DNA of 64,000 nucleotides from a virus (IMGVR_UViG_3300021431_000090:32001-96000), one strand, 5' to 3'; shown: positions 11,223 to 20,338, counted from the first letter of the stretch. Program-made: numbers and translations. Notes: generated by a model not told the origin, from the letters alone.

Positions 11223-11258
11223 TAACGTTTAAGCTCAACAAGGAGGTGCAAAGGAATT

Positions 11259-11615
11259 ATGACTCCTGAGGATCTTGTTCTTCTTGCAATGTGTAAGAAA
11301 GCATCCGGCGGCGGCGGTGGAGGCGGGGATGATGCAGGTTCATATGGCACATCAGGAACTATCTCCCTTCCTGCGCAGTGGACTGCTGGGAGCAATGGAA
11401 CGTACACCGCAACGGCAACTGCAAATGGTTATAGCGTTACTGGGAAGACGGTTGTAAACCTTGTCACAGACGCTGCCGTCATTTCACAGATGCTTGCTGA
11501 CGGTGTAAGGCAAATTTATGTTAGTAATAGCGGCGCTGCCCTTACAGCAGTAGCAATAGGCGGCTATCCGTCGAATGCGATGGAGCTGCAAGCAATTTTT
11601 TCGGAGGTAAGCTAA
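11259..11615 (+). CDS. Small structural protein, paralogous to the C-terminal domain of the BppU-like protein
   Basis: Visible alignment with the C-terminal ~90 aa of 10331..11041. Confidence 0.6.
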   Translation: MTPEDLVLLAMCKKASGGGGGGGDDAGSYGTSGTISLPAQWTAGSNGTYTATATANGYSVTGKTVVNLVTDAAVISQMLADGVRQIYVSNSGAALTAVAIGGYPSNAMELQAIFSEVS

Positions 11616-11616
11616 T

Positions 11617-13308
11617 ATGGCATTAATTGGTAATCCGATTATAGCTGGTAATGGTGGAGCTGGCAACGGGTATGGTACTTGCTCAACTGCAGCTGGTACC
11701 GCAGCAAAAGTGGTTCCTCTTGCCAACTATAATCTCCAGAATGGTGGAATGGTTTCTGTTAAGTTCACAAACGGAAGCACATCCACAAGCATGACCCTTA
11801 ACATTAACAGTAAGGGCGCAAAGCCGGTTCAGTACAAAGGATCTGCAACTCTCGCAAACGATCTGATAAAAGCTGGCGACATAGTAACATTTAACTATGA
11901 TGGTACAAACTATAATATCCTCTCTATCGATAGATGGGGTAAGGAAGTAAGCGACGTACAGAGTACGCTTGATACAGCAGTCGCTGATATTCGTGAAGAC
12001 TGCGAAGCAATGGTCTCCCCCGCTGTGAACACTTGGTTGGAAACTAATATTACTAACCCGGATAGTCCACCGCTGGATCGGTCATTAACGAATAATAATG
12101 CAGCTGCACCTGCCGACCTGGTTGGTGACTTAAAGGAATCAATTAATATCTTAAAGCAGTTCCACAAAGATGAACTTTCATGGGCGCAGATTCAGCAGAT
12201 CGTTCAGAGTGGAAACGCACAGGACTGGTTTAACATCGGCGATCAGCTTGAAATAAATTGGACTAAGAACGGTACGGTTCATAAACTTCCGTTTGATGTC
12301 GTTTCTTTTGACTCTGTTCTGAAATATGGTGAAAGTGCAGAGAAGCCGGGTCTTTGGCTTCAGAGTCATTATGCAGGAGATGGCGTTCAGTTCAGTGCAT
12401 CCAATGCTCTGTATGTTGCAACTGAAGCACTTCCTGCCGGGACGTATCATTTCACTATTGGCACAAACTGGGGTACTCACTGCGTAGCAGGGAAGTCCTA
12501 TCAGTTCACAACAACAAAACAAATTCCTGCTGGTGGGCAGATTATGGTAGGTAGAAATAATGAATACTACACTTGGGGTGCACCTGATCAGGCTGTTTCT
12601 GGATGGCGTGTGCACACTTTTGAAAGTAGCGCGGCTACAACTCCTCTTGATTCTAATATTGGACTCACTGAAGGCACTGACGGAACTGATCTCGGCACTA
12701 CTACCTCAAGTATAAAGTATAGCGCCAGTGGTATTAATAACCTTCAGAGAGCAGCATACGGCTATAACAGATGGAGTCAGAGTGCAAACCGGCAGTATTA
12801 CAACAGTGCAGCGGCAGCGGGCGCATGGTGGACACCTCAGAATCCGTTTGATAGAGCACCGCAGCAGCTTGCATCTCTTGCAGGATATATGTCTGGATTT
12901 GATGCAGACTTCCTCGCAGTTCTTGGCAAGATTAAAGTTACCACAGCACTGAACACGGTTTCTGATAGTGAGATTGGAACGACAGAAGACACATATGATA
13001 CGTTTTTCCTTCCGTCTCTGGAACAGGAGTATATCGTTTTTCAGTTGGCAGGTGTTGAAGGCGCTTACTGGCCGTATTGGAAAGAACGTCTTGAATTAGA
13101 TACTCCGCAGAAACAGGGTGGTGACGGTACGAATGCCAACCATATCCGTTATGCATATGACGCACGTACATCAGCCCAGGACTGCCGGTTGCGCTCTGCG
13201 CGTCGTGGCGATGCGCTTTATACGTGGAGTGTGGGCGCCAGTGGTTCCGCCAGCTTCAACACCGCCGCGACCGCGACTCGTGGGTGTCCGGCTTGCGTCA
13301 TCTGTTAA
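11617..13308 (+). CDS. Tail fibre/receptor-binding protein with a C-type-lectin-like DGR target C-terminus
   Basis: N-terminal 'YGTCSTAAGTAAKVV...LNINSKGAKPV' fibre motif. C-terminal 'DTFFLPSLEQ...CRLRSA...W.V...G......A....G.CPAC' is typical of DGR variable proteins. Confidence 0.8.
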   Translation: MALIGNPIIAGNGGAGNGYGTCSTAAGTAAKVVPLANYNLQNGGMVSVKFTNGSTSTSMTLNINSKGAKPVQYKGSATLANDLIKAGDIVTFNYDGTNYNILSIDRWGKEVSDVQSTLDTAVADIREDCEAMVSPAVNTWLETNITNPDSPPLDRSLTNNNAAAPADLVGDLKESINILKQFHKDELSWAQIQQIVQSGNAQDWFNIGDQLEINWTKNGTVHKLPFDVVSFDSVLKYGESAEKPGLWLQSHYAGDGVQFSASNALYVATEALPAGTYHFTIGTNWGTHCVAGKSYQFTTTKQIPAGGQIMVGRNNEYYTWGAPDQAVSGWRVHTFESSAATTPLDSNIGLTEGTDGTDLGTTTSSIKYSASGINNLQRAAYGYNRWSQSANRQYYNSAAAAGAWWTPQNPFDRAPQQLASLAGYMSGFDADFLAVLGKIKVTTALNTVSDSEIGTTEDTYDTFFLPSLEQEYIVFQLAGVEGAYWPYWKERLELDTPQKQGGDGTNANHIRYAYDARTSAQDCRLRSARRGDALYTWSVGASGSASFNTAATATRGCPACVIC

Positions 13309-13336
13309 TCAATCATCTTGCGCCGCCACGCGGCGC
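13180..13336 (+). other. DGR variable region with downstream GC hairpin
   Basis: NNC/NNT codons at the positions that are AAC/AAT in template repeats. Hairpin GCGCCGC-CAC-GCGGCGC at 13320-13336, just after the stop codon. Confidence 0.7.
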
Positions 13337-13350
13337 TAAGAGGAGGAAGA

Positions 13351-13764
13351 ATGTCAGTACCCGCAAATGAAAGAAGTCACGGGAAATTAGAAGCAAGCGT
13401 AAAAGCGCACGCATTATGCTGTTATACGTTACAGATTACAGCAAACGAGAAAGTGTTTGACCATCAATTTCAAGCATCCTTAACCAACAGAATAGTGGAT
13501 ACTGCGATAAGTATCCACACACTCTGTTGGAGTGCAAATAACGTTCTTGTTAATAGCAAGGAAGATTTGCGGGAAAGAACATCTTACCAAGAACAGGCAG
13601 CGGTTCAGTGCAATGTTTTATTAAGTTTAATCGAGATAGCGAAAAAGATTTTTCATCTATCCACGAAACGAGTGACATATTGGAGCGGACTTGCAATTGA
13701 TGCAAGAAATCTAATCCGAGGATGGAGAACAGCAGACTTAAACCGCTACGCATACTTTAAATAA
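13351..13764 (+). CDS. avd: Avd-like accessory variability determinant (four-helix bundle)
   Basis: 137-aa helical protein 'MSVPANER...SANN...R...Q..A...C..L...I......W......W...D' directly after the VR. SD AGGAGG. Confidence 0.75.
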   Translation: MSVPANERSHGKLEASVKAHALCCYTLQITANEKVFDHQFQASLTNRIVDTAISIHTLCWSANNVLVNSKEDLRERTSYQEQAAVQCNVLLSLIEIAKKIFHLSTKRVTYWSGLAIDARNLIRGWRTADLNRYAYFK

Positions 13765-13776
13765 GTTTTATATGGG

Positions 13777-13971
13777 GTGATAATAATGGTAGCAATCAAC
13801 AGAAAACTGACCCCTGCTGAACGTGCCAACCTTGACAACGCTCGTGCAGGTGCAGAGCAAAATGCCGTCAGCATTGATGACATCATGAATGCGATGGTAG
13901 AACTTGGAGAACTGTTCGCCGAGCAGGATGATGCTCTGGTAGAACTGGCTGAACTTATTGAGGAGGCTTAA
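13777..13971 (+). CDS. Small acidic coiled-coil tail-associated protein
   Basis: ORF track; 'DDALVELAELI' type protein that usually precedes CD1375-like genes. Confidence 0.6.
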   Translation: MIIMVAINRKLTPAERANLDNARAGAEQNAVSIDDIMNAMVELGELFAEQDDALVELAELIEEA

Positions 13972-13973
13972 TA

Positions 13974-14087
13974 ATGGCTAAGATTTATTACAATCGTATC
14001 AAAGCAGGTATCATGACCATCGAGGAAGTTCCTACCAGATGGAGAGCAGCTGTTCAGAAGTTGCTCGATGAGGACGAAGAAGAGTGA
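13974..14087 (+). CDS. CD1375/XkdX-like small protein (37 aa)
   Basis: MAKIYYNRIKAGIMTIEEVPTRWRAAVQKLLDEDEEE read by hand; SD AGGAGG. Confidence 0.75.
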   Translation: MAKIYYNRIKAGIMTIEEVPTRWRAAVQKLLDEDEEE

Positions 14088-14263
14088 AAACCACTACGAG
14101 CGTAACTCTTGAAGGAAAAGAAGTCAGAGCAATCATTGCAAAAGCATTGAACGTTCCAATTCCGAATGTGAAACCACTTCGGTACAATTTCGCAATTGAA
14201 GGAATTGCGCCGGAAGTTGTGGAACAGAAGATCAAAGATTTTCTTGGGCAGTTAGTTACTTAA
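14084..14263 (+). CDS. Hypothetical protein (59 aa)
   Basis: GTG overlaps the previous stop (GTGA); ends at a TAA inside the left arm of the putative recombination site. Confidence 0.5.
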   Translation: MKTTTSVTLEGKEVRAIIAKALNVPIPNVKPLRYNFAIEGIAPEVVEQKIKDFLGQLVT

Positions 14264-14521
14264 ATGGAGCTATTCATCACTACTGTTGCACACTGATACA
14301 CACTGATACACATGGATAAAGCAGACTTGAAATCTATGATGGTAGTGGTCGAGCGACTGCCTCTCCCGCCCTGCGTTGACAGACAAGCGAGAGATCGTTT
14401 AACGGTTAAAGACCATAGATAAAACAGACGGGTTCCGCTAAGCTCGTGAGTGATTGTGGCGAAGATTAAAGCGATGGTAGTTAAGGGGCATCCGCCCGTC
14501 TGAATTATTATGAGGTGACGT

Positions 14522-14617
14522 ATGAGATTTGATTGGGATAGTTTTTGCCTTGGCATTTGTGCAGGGGTAGTATTTGCGGCGATTGCGACGATTGCTGTGA
14601 TATGCGTATGCGCCTAA
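14522..14617 (+). CDS. 31-aa hydrophobic single-TM peptide
   Basis: MRFDWDSFCLGICAGVVFAAIATIAVICVCA with SD GAGGTG. Confidence 0.55.
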   Translation: MRFDWDSFCLGICAGVVFAAIATIAVICVCA

Positions 14618-14634
14618 TTAAAAAACAAGGGGCA

Positions 14635-14823
14635 TCAATACCCCTTGCTCTTGAGCCACTCGTCCAACGCTTTCTGGATGCACCATGACCGAGGACGCTC
14701 TTCCTCTTCCATGAACTTATTCAGACGTTCGACAATAGACGGTGGCAGAGAGATTTGATATCGCTCATATCCTTGCTCTTCAATGCCACGGAGTGAGCGA
14801 CCACCATTGATGCCCATTGGCAA
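14635..14823 (-). CDS. Ribbon-helix-helix (CopG-like) DNA-binding protein
   Basis: 'RYQISLPPSIVERLNKF...RSWCIQKALDEWL' RHH pattern; SD GGAGGT. Confidence 0.75.
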   Translation of the reverse strand: MPMGINGGRSLRGIEEQGYERYQISLPPSIVERLNKFMEEEERPRSWCIQKALDEWLKSKGY

Positions 14824-15129
14824 CCACCTCCCACTATCAATATTATACAGTGTGTGTCAATGTGTACTGATACACAACGTGTGTATCGATAAGCAACTTT
14901 AGTATGGAGCTTTAAGTAAAAGACATTTCCTTCACAGGTAAAAAATAAATGAATAAATCAGCCGTATTATGCGCATATTTTCACAAGCATGCATGTACGG
15001 CTGGTTTTATAATTAGGTTGAGTTTACAATTTGTTTACAGGATTTATGGCGAAATTCTTGATTTCATACCATCCGACTTTGCTATAATTCAATTAAAAAG
15101 ATTAATTATTATAGCAAAGGAGAAATAAA

Positions 15130-16116
15130 TTGTCAATAGTTTCCAAGCAAATTTTTTTGTCTGAAATTGAAGAAAGCCTTTCGGATTATCTAACGGTCAC
15201 ACAGCTCAAAGGAGTCATTGATAATCTAACGGCTACGCTCGGTAAGTATGATATGGAACGCAGCGCTGACGATTCCTGTGAACAAGAGTTTGATGATATG
15301 ATACAGGTATTCTTAGAGGCGAAGCGTGTATCAGGCTTATCTGAAGGAACATTAGAGAGATACGTATACATACTTAAAAAGTTTAGAGAAGCTTGTTCGA
15401 CTCCAATTCGTAGAATTACCGTGTTTGATCTTCGTTGCTTTTTGATGAAAGAGAAGACTCGCGGTATTTCTACAAGCACAATCGAAGGATATAGAGATGT
15501 GTTCTCAGCGTTCTTTGGATGGGTTGCCCGTGAAGGCCTCTTACCGTATAACCCATGCGGGAATCTTGCGGTAGTAAAAAGCAAGAAAGAGGTAAGGCTC
15601 CCTTATAGTGACGTTGATATCGAAAAATTAAAAGAAGCTTGTCAGTCTATAAGAGATAAGGCGATGATATGCTTCCTGTTGTCTACTGGATGCAGAATCA
15701 GTGAGGTGTGTGCGTTGAACAGAGACGATGTGGATCTACTCAACAAAGAATGCATCGTGCTCGGAAAAGGTAACAAAGAACGTAGAGTTTATATGGATGA
15801 TATCTCCGTGATGATGCTCAAAAGGTATCTCGATGAGCGTACGGATGATTCAGAAGCGTTGTTTGTCGGGAAAGGAACTGAAAGAATACAACCGGGTGGT
15901 GTAAGAGCGATGCTGAAAAATATCGGTGAAAAGGCTGGGGTCGAGAATGTTCACCCGCATCGATTCAGAAGAACTCTTGCTACAAATCTTATCAACCGAG
16001 GAATGCCAATTCAGGAAGTTGCCCGTGTTCTTGGACACGAAAAAGTCGACACAACTATGAAATACATTTATATTAACGATGATAGTGTTCGCACTTCTTA
16101 TCGTAAATGTTCTTAA
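15130..16116 (+). CDS. Tyrosine recombinase (XerD-like)
   Basis: TGCRISE, GKGNKER, HPHRFRRT, LGHEKVDTTMKY catalytic motifs. Confidence 0.93.
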   Translation: MSIVSKQIFLSEIEESLSDYLTVTQLKGVIDNLTATLGKYDMERSADDSCEQEFDDMIQVFLEAKRVSGLSEGTLERYVYILKKFREACSTPIRRITVFDLRCFLMKEKTRGISTSTIEGYRDVFSAFFGWVAREGLLPYNPCGNLAVVKSKKEVRLPYSDVDIEKLKEACQSIRDKAMICFLLSTGCRISEVCALNRDDVDLLNKECIVLGKGNKERRVYMDDISVMMLKRYLDERTDDSEALFVGKGTERIQPGGVRAMLKNIGEKAGVENVHPHRFRRTLATNLINRGMPIQEVARVLGHEKVDTTMKYIYINDDSVRTSYRKCS

Positions 16117-16145
16117 GGCCGCTGCATAATTGCACGGCCTTTTTT
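16116..16145 (+). terminator. Rho-independent terminator
   Basis: AGGCCG(C)TGCA-TAAT-TGCACGGCCT followed by a T-run. Confidence 0.7.
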
Positions 16146-16176
16146 GAATGAAATGAATTTAAAGGAGGTGTTTCTA

Positions 16177-17235
16177 ATGACGAAAGTCGAAAGATACACT
16201 CAAGATGCTATTAATGTCGCAAATGATGATTCGCACGGCTATAGCATGGAAAACAGAAATGGTGATCCAGACTATGATTGCTCTAGCCTTGTGTGTGCTG
16301 CTGTAGACAGAGCTGGAATCCCAGTAAAAGCAGCTGGTGCAAGCTGGACTGGCAATATGCTTGACGCGTTCCTTAAGTCTGGGTTTCAGAATATTATAGG
16401 GAAAGTAAACATCGACAACGGGGCTGGTATGAAGCGCGGAGATGTCCTCCTTAACGAGGATGCACACGCTGCTCTGTATATCGGCAACGGCGAAATGGTT
16501 AACGCTGGCGGTAACGACGGGCATCCTGAACCGGGCGACCAGACTGGCAGAGAGATAAGAGTGATGAAGTACTGGAATGGCGGGTGGAATGCTGTACTCC
16601 GCTATATGGGCACAGAAGAATATACCGGTGGAGACGACGCCGAGCAGCCTGAAGCACAGCTTTCTGATGACATTATATATCCGCGACCGGACGCACCGTG
16701 GGCAGCAGAGACAAATAACTTTGACTACCCTGAAATCCTGAAGTATGGCGACGCCGGAACTGTTGTGCAGGAAATGCAGGCTAAGCTTAATGCTCTCGGA
16801 TATCCGTGCGGGAAGACAGATGGTATCTTTGGAGATAAGACGCTCGAAGCCGTAACCAACTTCCAGACTCAGAAGCGACTTCTCGTCGATGGAGAAGCCG
16901 GGCCGGAGACTCTCGGTAAACTGCATGAATGCTACAAGGCACTCACTGGCAAAGACGAGGCGTACTATGCTCAGTGGGAGAAGACGCCAGAAGAAAAAGC
17001 TAAAGCAGATAAACCGCATATCGGTGGATTGTATTTAGGTGATACTGTTGAGTTTATTGGCGGCAATGCATATCTGCTTCCCAATGGATCTGTTAGCAAG
17101 ACATATGAAGCAGGAGCTGCAAAGATCACCAGTATAAATGAAAAAGCAAAACATCCGATTCATCTCGTATTTGTGCGTGGAGCAGCTACGAAAGTTTATG
17201 GATGGGTTGATGTTGAAAACGTAAAGAAAGCGTAA
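16177..17235 (+). CDS. Endolysin: NlpC/P60-CHAP-like peptidase plus peptidoglycan-binding domain
   Basis: 'HGYS...DYDCSSLV...RGDVLL...HAALYIG' catalytic Cys/His; 'LKYGD.G..V..MQ..L...GY..G..DGIFG..T..AV..FQ....L.VDG.AGPET' PG_binding_1. Confidence 0.88.
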   Translation: MTKVERYTQDAINVANDDSHGYSMENRNGDPDYDCSSLVCAAVDRAGIPVKAAGASWTGNMLDAFLKSGFQNIIGKVNIDNGAGMKRGDVLLNEDAHAALYIGNGEMVNAGGNDGHPEPGDQTGREIRVMKYWNGGWNAVLRYMGTEEYTGGDDAEQPEAQLSDDIIYPRPDAPWAAETNNFDYPEILKYGDAGTVVQEMQAKLNALGYPCGKTDGIFGDKTLEAVTNFQTQKRLLVDGEAGPETLGKLHECYKALTGKDEAYYAQWEKTPEEKAKADKPHIGGLYLGDTVEFIGGNAYLLPNGSVSKTYEAGAAKITSINEKAKHPIHLVFVRGAATKVYGWVDVENVKKA

Positions 17236-17241
17236 TTATAA

Positions 17242-17535
17242 ATGAAAGAAGAACTAAGCTTTTCGAAGAAGTATTTCGCATATCTGATTGCGCTTGAGTT
17301 CTTTGTAATAGTATTGACAGGGGTAATGGTCGCGATCACATTCGACCCCTCCCCTCTTCAATGGGTAATCGTCGCTTTGTCGGCTGAGATCTCTGTATAC
17401 TCATCATTTTATCTAACCAAAAGTCGTTACGAGAATAGGCATAAATACGCGCAAATCTACGTTAAAGAGATAGCTGAAAAATACGGAATCGATATGGCCG
17501 CTAGAATAGCGGAGGTCGTATTAAGGGATTCGTAA
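17242..17535 (+). CDS. Two-TM membrane protein (holin-like)
   Basis: Two hydrophobic helices; lysis-module context. Confidence 0.55.
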   Translation: MKEELSFSKKYFAYLIALEFFVIVLTGVMVAITFDPSPLQWVIVALSAEISVYSSFYLTKSRYENRHKYAQIYVKEIAEKYGIDMAARIAEVVLRDS

Positions 17536-17653
17536 TGCCAGTAACAGAGAATTGGAAAACGTACAGGCAGATACATAATGCTCACAGAAAAGGCGTATCG
17601 TTTGATGATATTGCGTTAGAGTATGATGACACGCCAGAGAATGTAGAAGATTT

Positions 17654-17944
17654 TTGGTATATACGGATATAAGAAAACTAAGGTTCGATTTCTATTTGGA
17701 TGAATTAAATGCAGTTATCGAAGTCGATGGCGAACAACACTTTTCACCAGATAGATGCTTTGGTAGTGATGAAAATGAGAGATTAGATAGGTTTGCATGC
17801 ATTGTAAAACATGATCAGATTAAAGATAATTACTGCCTTTGTAATGCCATTCCGATAATTCGAGTGTCCTATCTCGATTTTAAAAGCAAAGAATGGAAGT
17901 CATTGATCGATAATTTTATTGCATTATTTGATGATGTCGCATAA
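17654..17944 (+). pseudogene. DUF559/Vsr-like endonuclease domain, probably a truncated homing-endonuclease remnant
   Basis: 'LRFDFYL...IEVDGEQH...HDQIKDNYC...IPIIRVSY'; N-terminal part missing and weak start. Confidence 0.55.
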
Positions 17945-18390
17945 AGAATGAAAGGAGTTCAAATGATTAAGTTTTCCAGATGGCAGGTTTTCAAACGTCT
18001 GCATGACGAGATGGTAGTCTGCAAAAATTGTGAGAAAACATATTTTCTTGAGAACGGCACCGAGGAAGCGCGTGTGTGGTTTAGACTGCCTAGACGTTGT
18101 CCTAACTGTCATGCGTTCATGATTACAGATAAGTGCTGGTTCCCTCCGAAAGAGTGATTAAATGAGAATTCGTCTTAATCCAGACCACTCCGAGCAGATT
18201 ACATGCTCTCGGTGTGGAAAGGAATTTACGTCACGTGGCATTGCAGATTTTGCGTTTGCATATATGAAGGATGGTATCCCGGTATATGTACAGCGCCCAG
18301 GAGTACTTTGCCCGGATTGTGAGGAGAATGAAAAACGGGAATCTGTAAAAGATAATTTTATAGGCGGCCCGTTAGATAAGGAGAACGAAA

Positions 18391-18696
18391 ATGCAAATTG
18401 ATCTTACTCAGGTTATCATTGCTCTCATCGGACTCATTTCGATCATAATCACGTCGTGCGTTGTTCCGTACCTGAAAAGTCGTCTTACGGTTAGCCAGTA
18501 TCAGAGTTTAGTTGGTTGGGCTAAGATAGCAGTCGAAGCCGCCGAGAAGATGTTTAACGAAAGCGGTACTGGCGATGCAAAGAAAAAATATGTGAAGACG
18601 TTCCTTACTGAAAAGGGATTTGATTTAAACGATACAGAAGTAGACGTAGTGATCGAAAGCGCTGTCCTTGAGTTGCAGCGTGCACTTGCGGCTTAA
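18391..18696 (+). CDS. Holin, LL-H family
   Basis: N-terminal TM helix, then 'AVEAAE...G..KK.YV...L......IESAV'. Confidence 0.85.
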   Translation: MQIDLTQVIIALIGLISIIITSCVVPYLKSRLTVSQYQSLVGWAKIAVEAAEKMFNESGTGDAKKKYVKTFLTEKGFDLNDTEVDVVIESAVLELQRALAA

Positions 18697-18712
18697 GAAA
18701 GTGAGGCATATA

Positions 18713-19141
18713 ATGGATGCTATTATGGGTCTCACGCTCAGCCAGTTGATTGGAAGGATTGCAGGGATTGTTGCGGTGGCGTCCATTTTTATCGAGATCA
18801 CGCCTATTAAAGTCAACCCGATTTCGCATATACTGAAATGGATTGGCTCGCAATTGAACAAAGGATTAACTGAAAAAATAAACAAGATGGAAGAAAAGAT
18901 CGATGTGCTTGAGCAATCTAATGTTGTGTCATGCAGAGTAAGGATACTACGGTTTGCGGACGAACTAAGACGAGGGGAAAAACACTCGCAAGAGATGTTT
19001 GATCAAGCACTATCCGATGTCGACACATATGATAAATATTGTATAGAACACCCAGAGTTCAAGAACAATAAAACTGTAATGGCAAGGAAAAGGATCTTAG
19101 AAGTGTATTCCGATTGTCTTGAAAATAATACTTTTCTATAA
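18713..19141 (+). CDS. Lysis-module membrane/coiled-coil protein
   Basis: 'IEITPIKVNP...RVRILRFADE...YDKYC..HPEFKNN' common phage family; SD GTGAGG. Confidence 0.6.
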   Translation: MDAIMGLTLSQLIGRIAGIVAVASIFIEITPIKVNPISHILKWIGSQLNKGLTEKINKMEEKIDVLEQSNVVSCRVRILRFADELRRGEKHSQEMFDQALSDVDTYDKYCIEHPEFKNNKTVMARKRILEVYSDCLENNTFL

Positions 19142-19168
19142 TGATTAGGAGAATGAAAGGAATTAGCT

Positions 19169-19780
19169 ATGGACGATAAGTCCAATACTTATTACTCGGC
19201 AAGCATCGCTGTTGCTATCTGCGGAATGGACTTCTGCATGCTTGCGACAGACGTTAAAACTAAACAGAATATTATTAAGGTAAATGATAACATACTATTC
19301 GGTGGTGTAGGAAACTTCTGGAATGATGAGGAGATCTATGAGCCGATAAAGCATAGGATGAACGACAGACTTTCTATTGTTGATGCCGTCGAACTAACAG
19401 AAAAATATATGTACGATAATTTGGCATATGTGATGACAATGAAGCGTAATTACTTTATTACTGGTAGGGATAATGACGGAATTTTTTATCTGATACGAGT
19501 CAGTCTTAACGAGGAAGAGAAAAGCGTTCAGGTTATCTCATACGTCCCAAAGGATAAAAAGCAGTTGGCAAATATGATAGCGCTTCCAAATTCACTGAAT
19601 GATATTGCGTATGTCTCGAAGTATAATTCAATGTTGAATATGATATGCAGAGACTCAGAATACATCCCAGATGTATATCTTGGTTGCGCTAAAATAATCA
19701 AGGAAGCAGCAAAGGATGATACGTCACAATCGATAAGTGACAAGCTATCACTTCTTACATTGCGAACAACCGAACTATAA
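19169..19780 (+). CDS. Hypothetical protein with possible Ntn-hydrolase (proteasome-beta/HslV-like) fold
   Basis: 'SIAVAICGMDFCMLATD...IIKVNDNILFGGVG' resembles the proteasome-beta N-terminal strands. Confidence 0.4.
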   Translation: MDDKSNTYYSASIAVAICGMDFCMLATDVKTKQNIIKVNDNILFGGVGNFWNDEEIYEPIKHRMNDRLSIVDAVELTEKYMYDNLAYVMTMKRNYFITGRDNDGIFYLIRVSLNEEEKSVQVISYVPKDKKQLANMIALPNSLNDIAYVSKYNSMLNMICRDSEYIPDVYLGCAKIIKEAAKDDTSQSISDKLSLLTLRTTEL

Positions 19781-20039
19781 AAAATAAGCGTCCACTCTCA
19801 CTGTATCTGTGAGATGATGGGCGCTTTTCTTTCCCGCATGGTGGCTCGACGCTCTACTGTGCGTGTATCTAATAGTAAAGTTGGGCTGGGTGACAGGCAA
19901 AAAGAAAGCCTCCCAGAACGCAAGCTGACGCGAACTGAGAGGCTTATTATTTATAAATGAAAAGAGCGTTTAGTCGCTCTGATATCAAAACAATTTATGT
20001 ATGAGCAAGAAGTACATATATGTCATAGCTTCTGCTCGT

Positions 20040-20330
20040 AGTTCTAACAAAGTTCTAACCAATGTGGTTTCGAATTTTTCCAAGAATTCTTGGCTTTTGT
20101 GAATACAGCACAAATTTATCAGGTTTTTTAATATAACAGATTAAACAGTTTTTGTGTAGATTACACTAAATTTAAATGGATTAGAAATCGGACGTTGGGT
20201 TCGGGACCAAGAGGCCTCGGGTTCAAATCCCGACACTCCGACTGAAAAGTACCTGATTTCGTAAGAAGTTGGGTACTTTTTTCATGCATTTCTGAAGAGT
20301 TCTAACAAGAGTTCTAACAGAAATTCTAAA
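20040..20330. other. attP site: core is the 3' half of tRNA-Pro(CGG) (~20198-20242), flanked by AGTTCTAAC arm repeats
   Basis: GGTTCGGGACCAAGAGGCCTCGGGTTCAAATCCCGACACTCCGA has the anticodon loop, T-arm and 3' acceptor strand but no 5' half. Arm repeats at 20040, 20051, 20298, 20310 (degenerate copy at 20322). Adjacent to the integrase 3' end. Confidence 0.85.
20245..20282. terminator. Terminator hairpin after the tRNA fragment
   Basis: AAAAGTACCTGATTTC-GTAA-GAAGTTGGGTACTTTT (with G-U pairs). Confidence 0.65.
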
Positions 20331-20338
20331 ATGTACTG

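Larger units (their letters stand above)
14256..14919. mobile_element. Putative 640-bp site-specifically integrated mini-cassette
   Basis: Direct repeat ATGGAGCT at 14264-14271 and 14904-14911. Excision would restore TTACTTAAA-TGGAGC-TTTAAGTAA (perfect 9-bp inverted arms around a 6-bp core). Confidence 0.55.

Noticed and set aside
16174-17019. Long antisense ORFs (also 29556..30251, 30489..31049, 5649..6191)
   Set aside because: They are shadows of well-supported genes on the opposite strand and have no motifs.
20190-20245. Complete tRNA-Pro gene
   Set aside because: The 5' acceptor strand and D-arm are absent; it is interpreted as the attP core.
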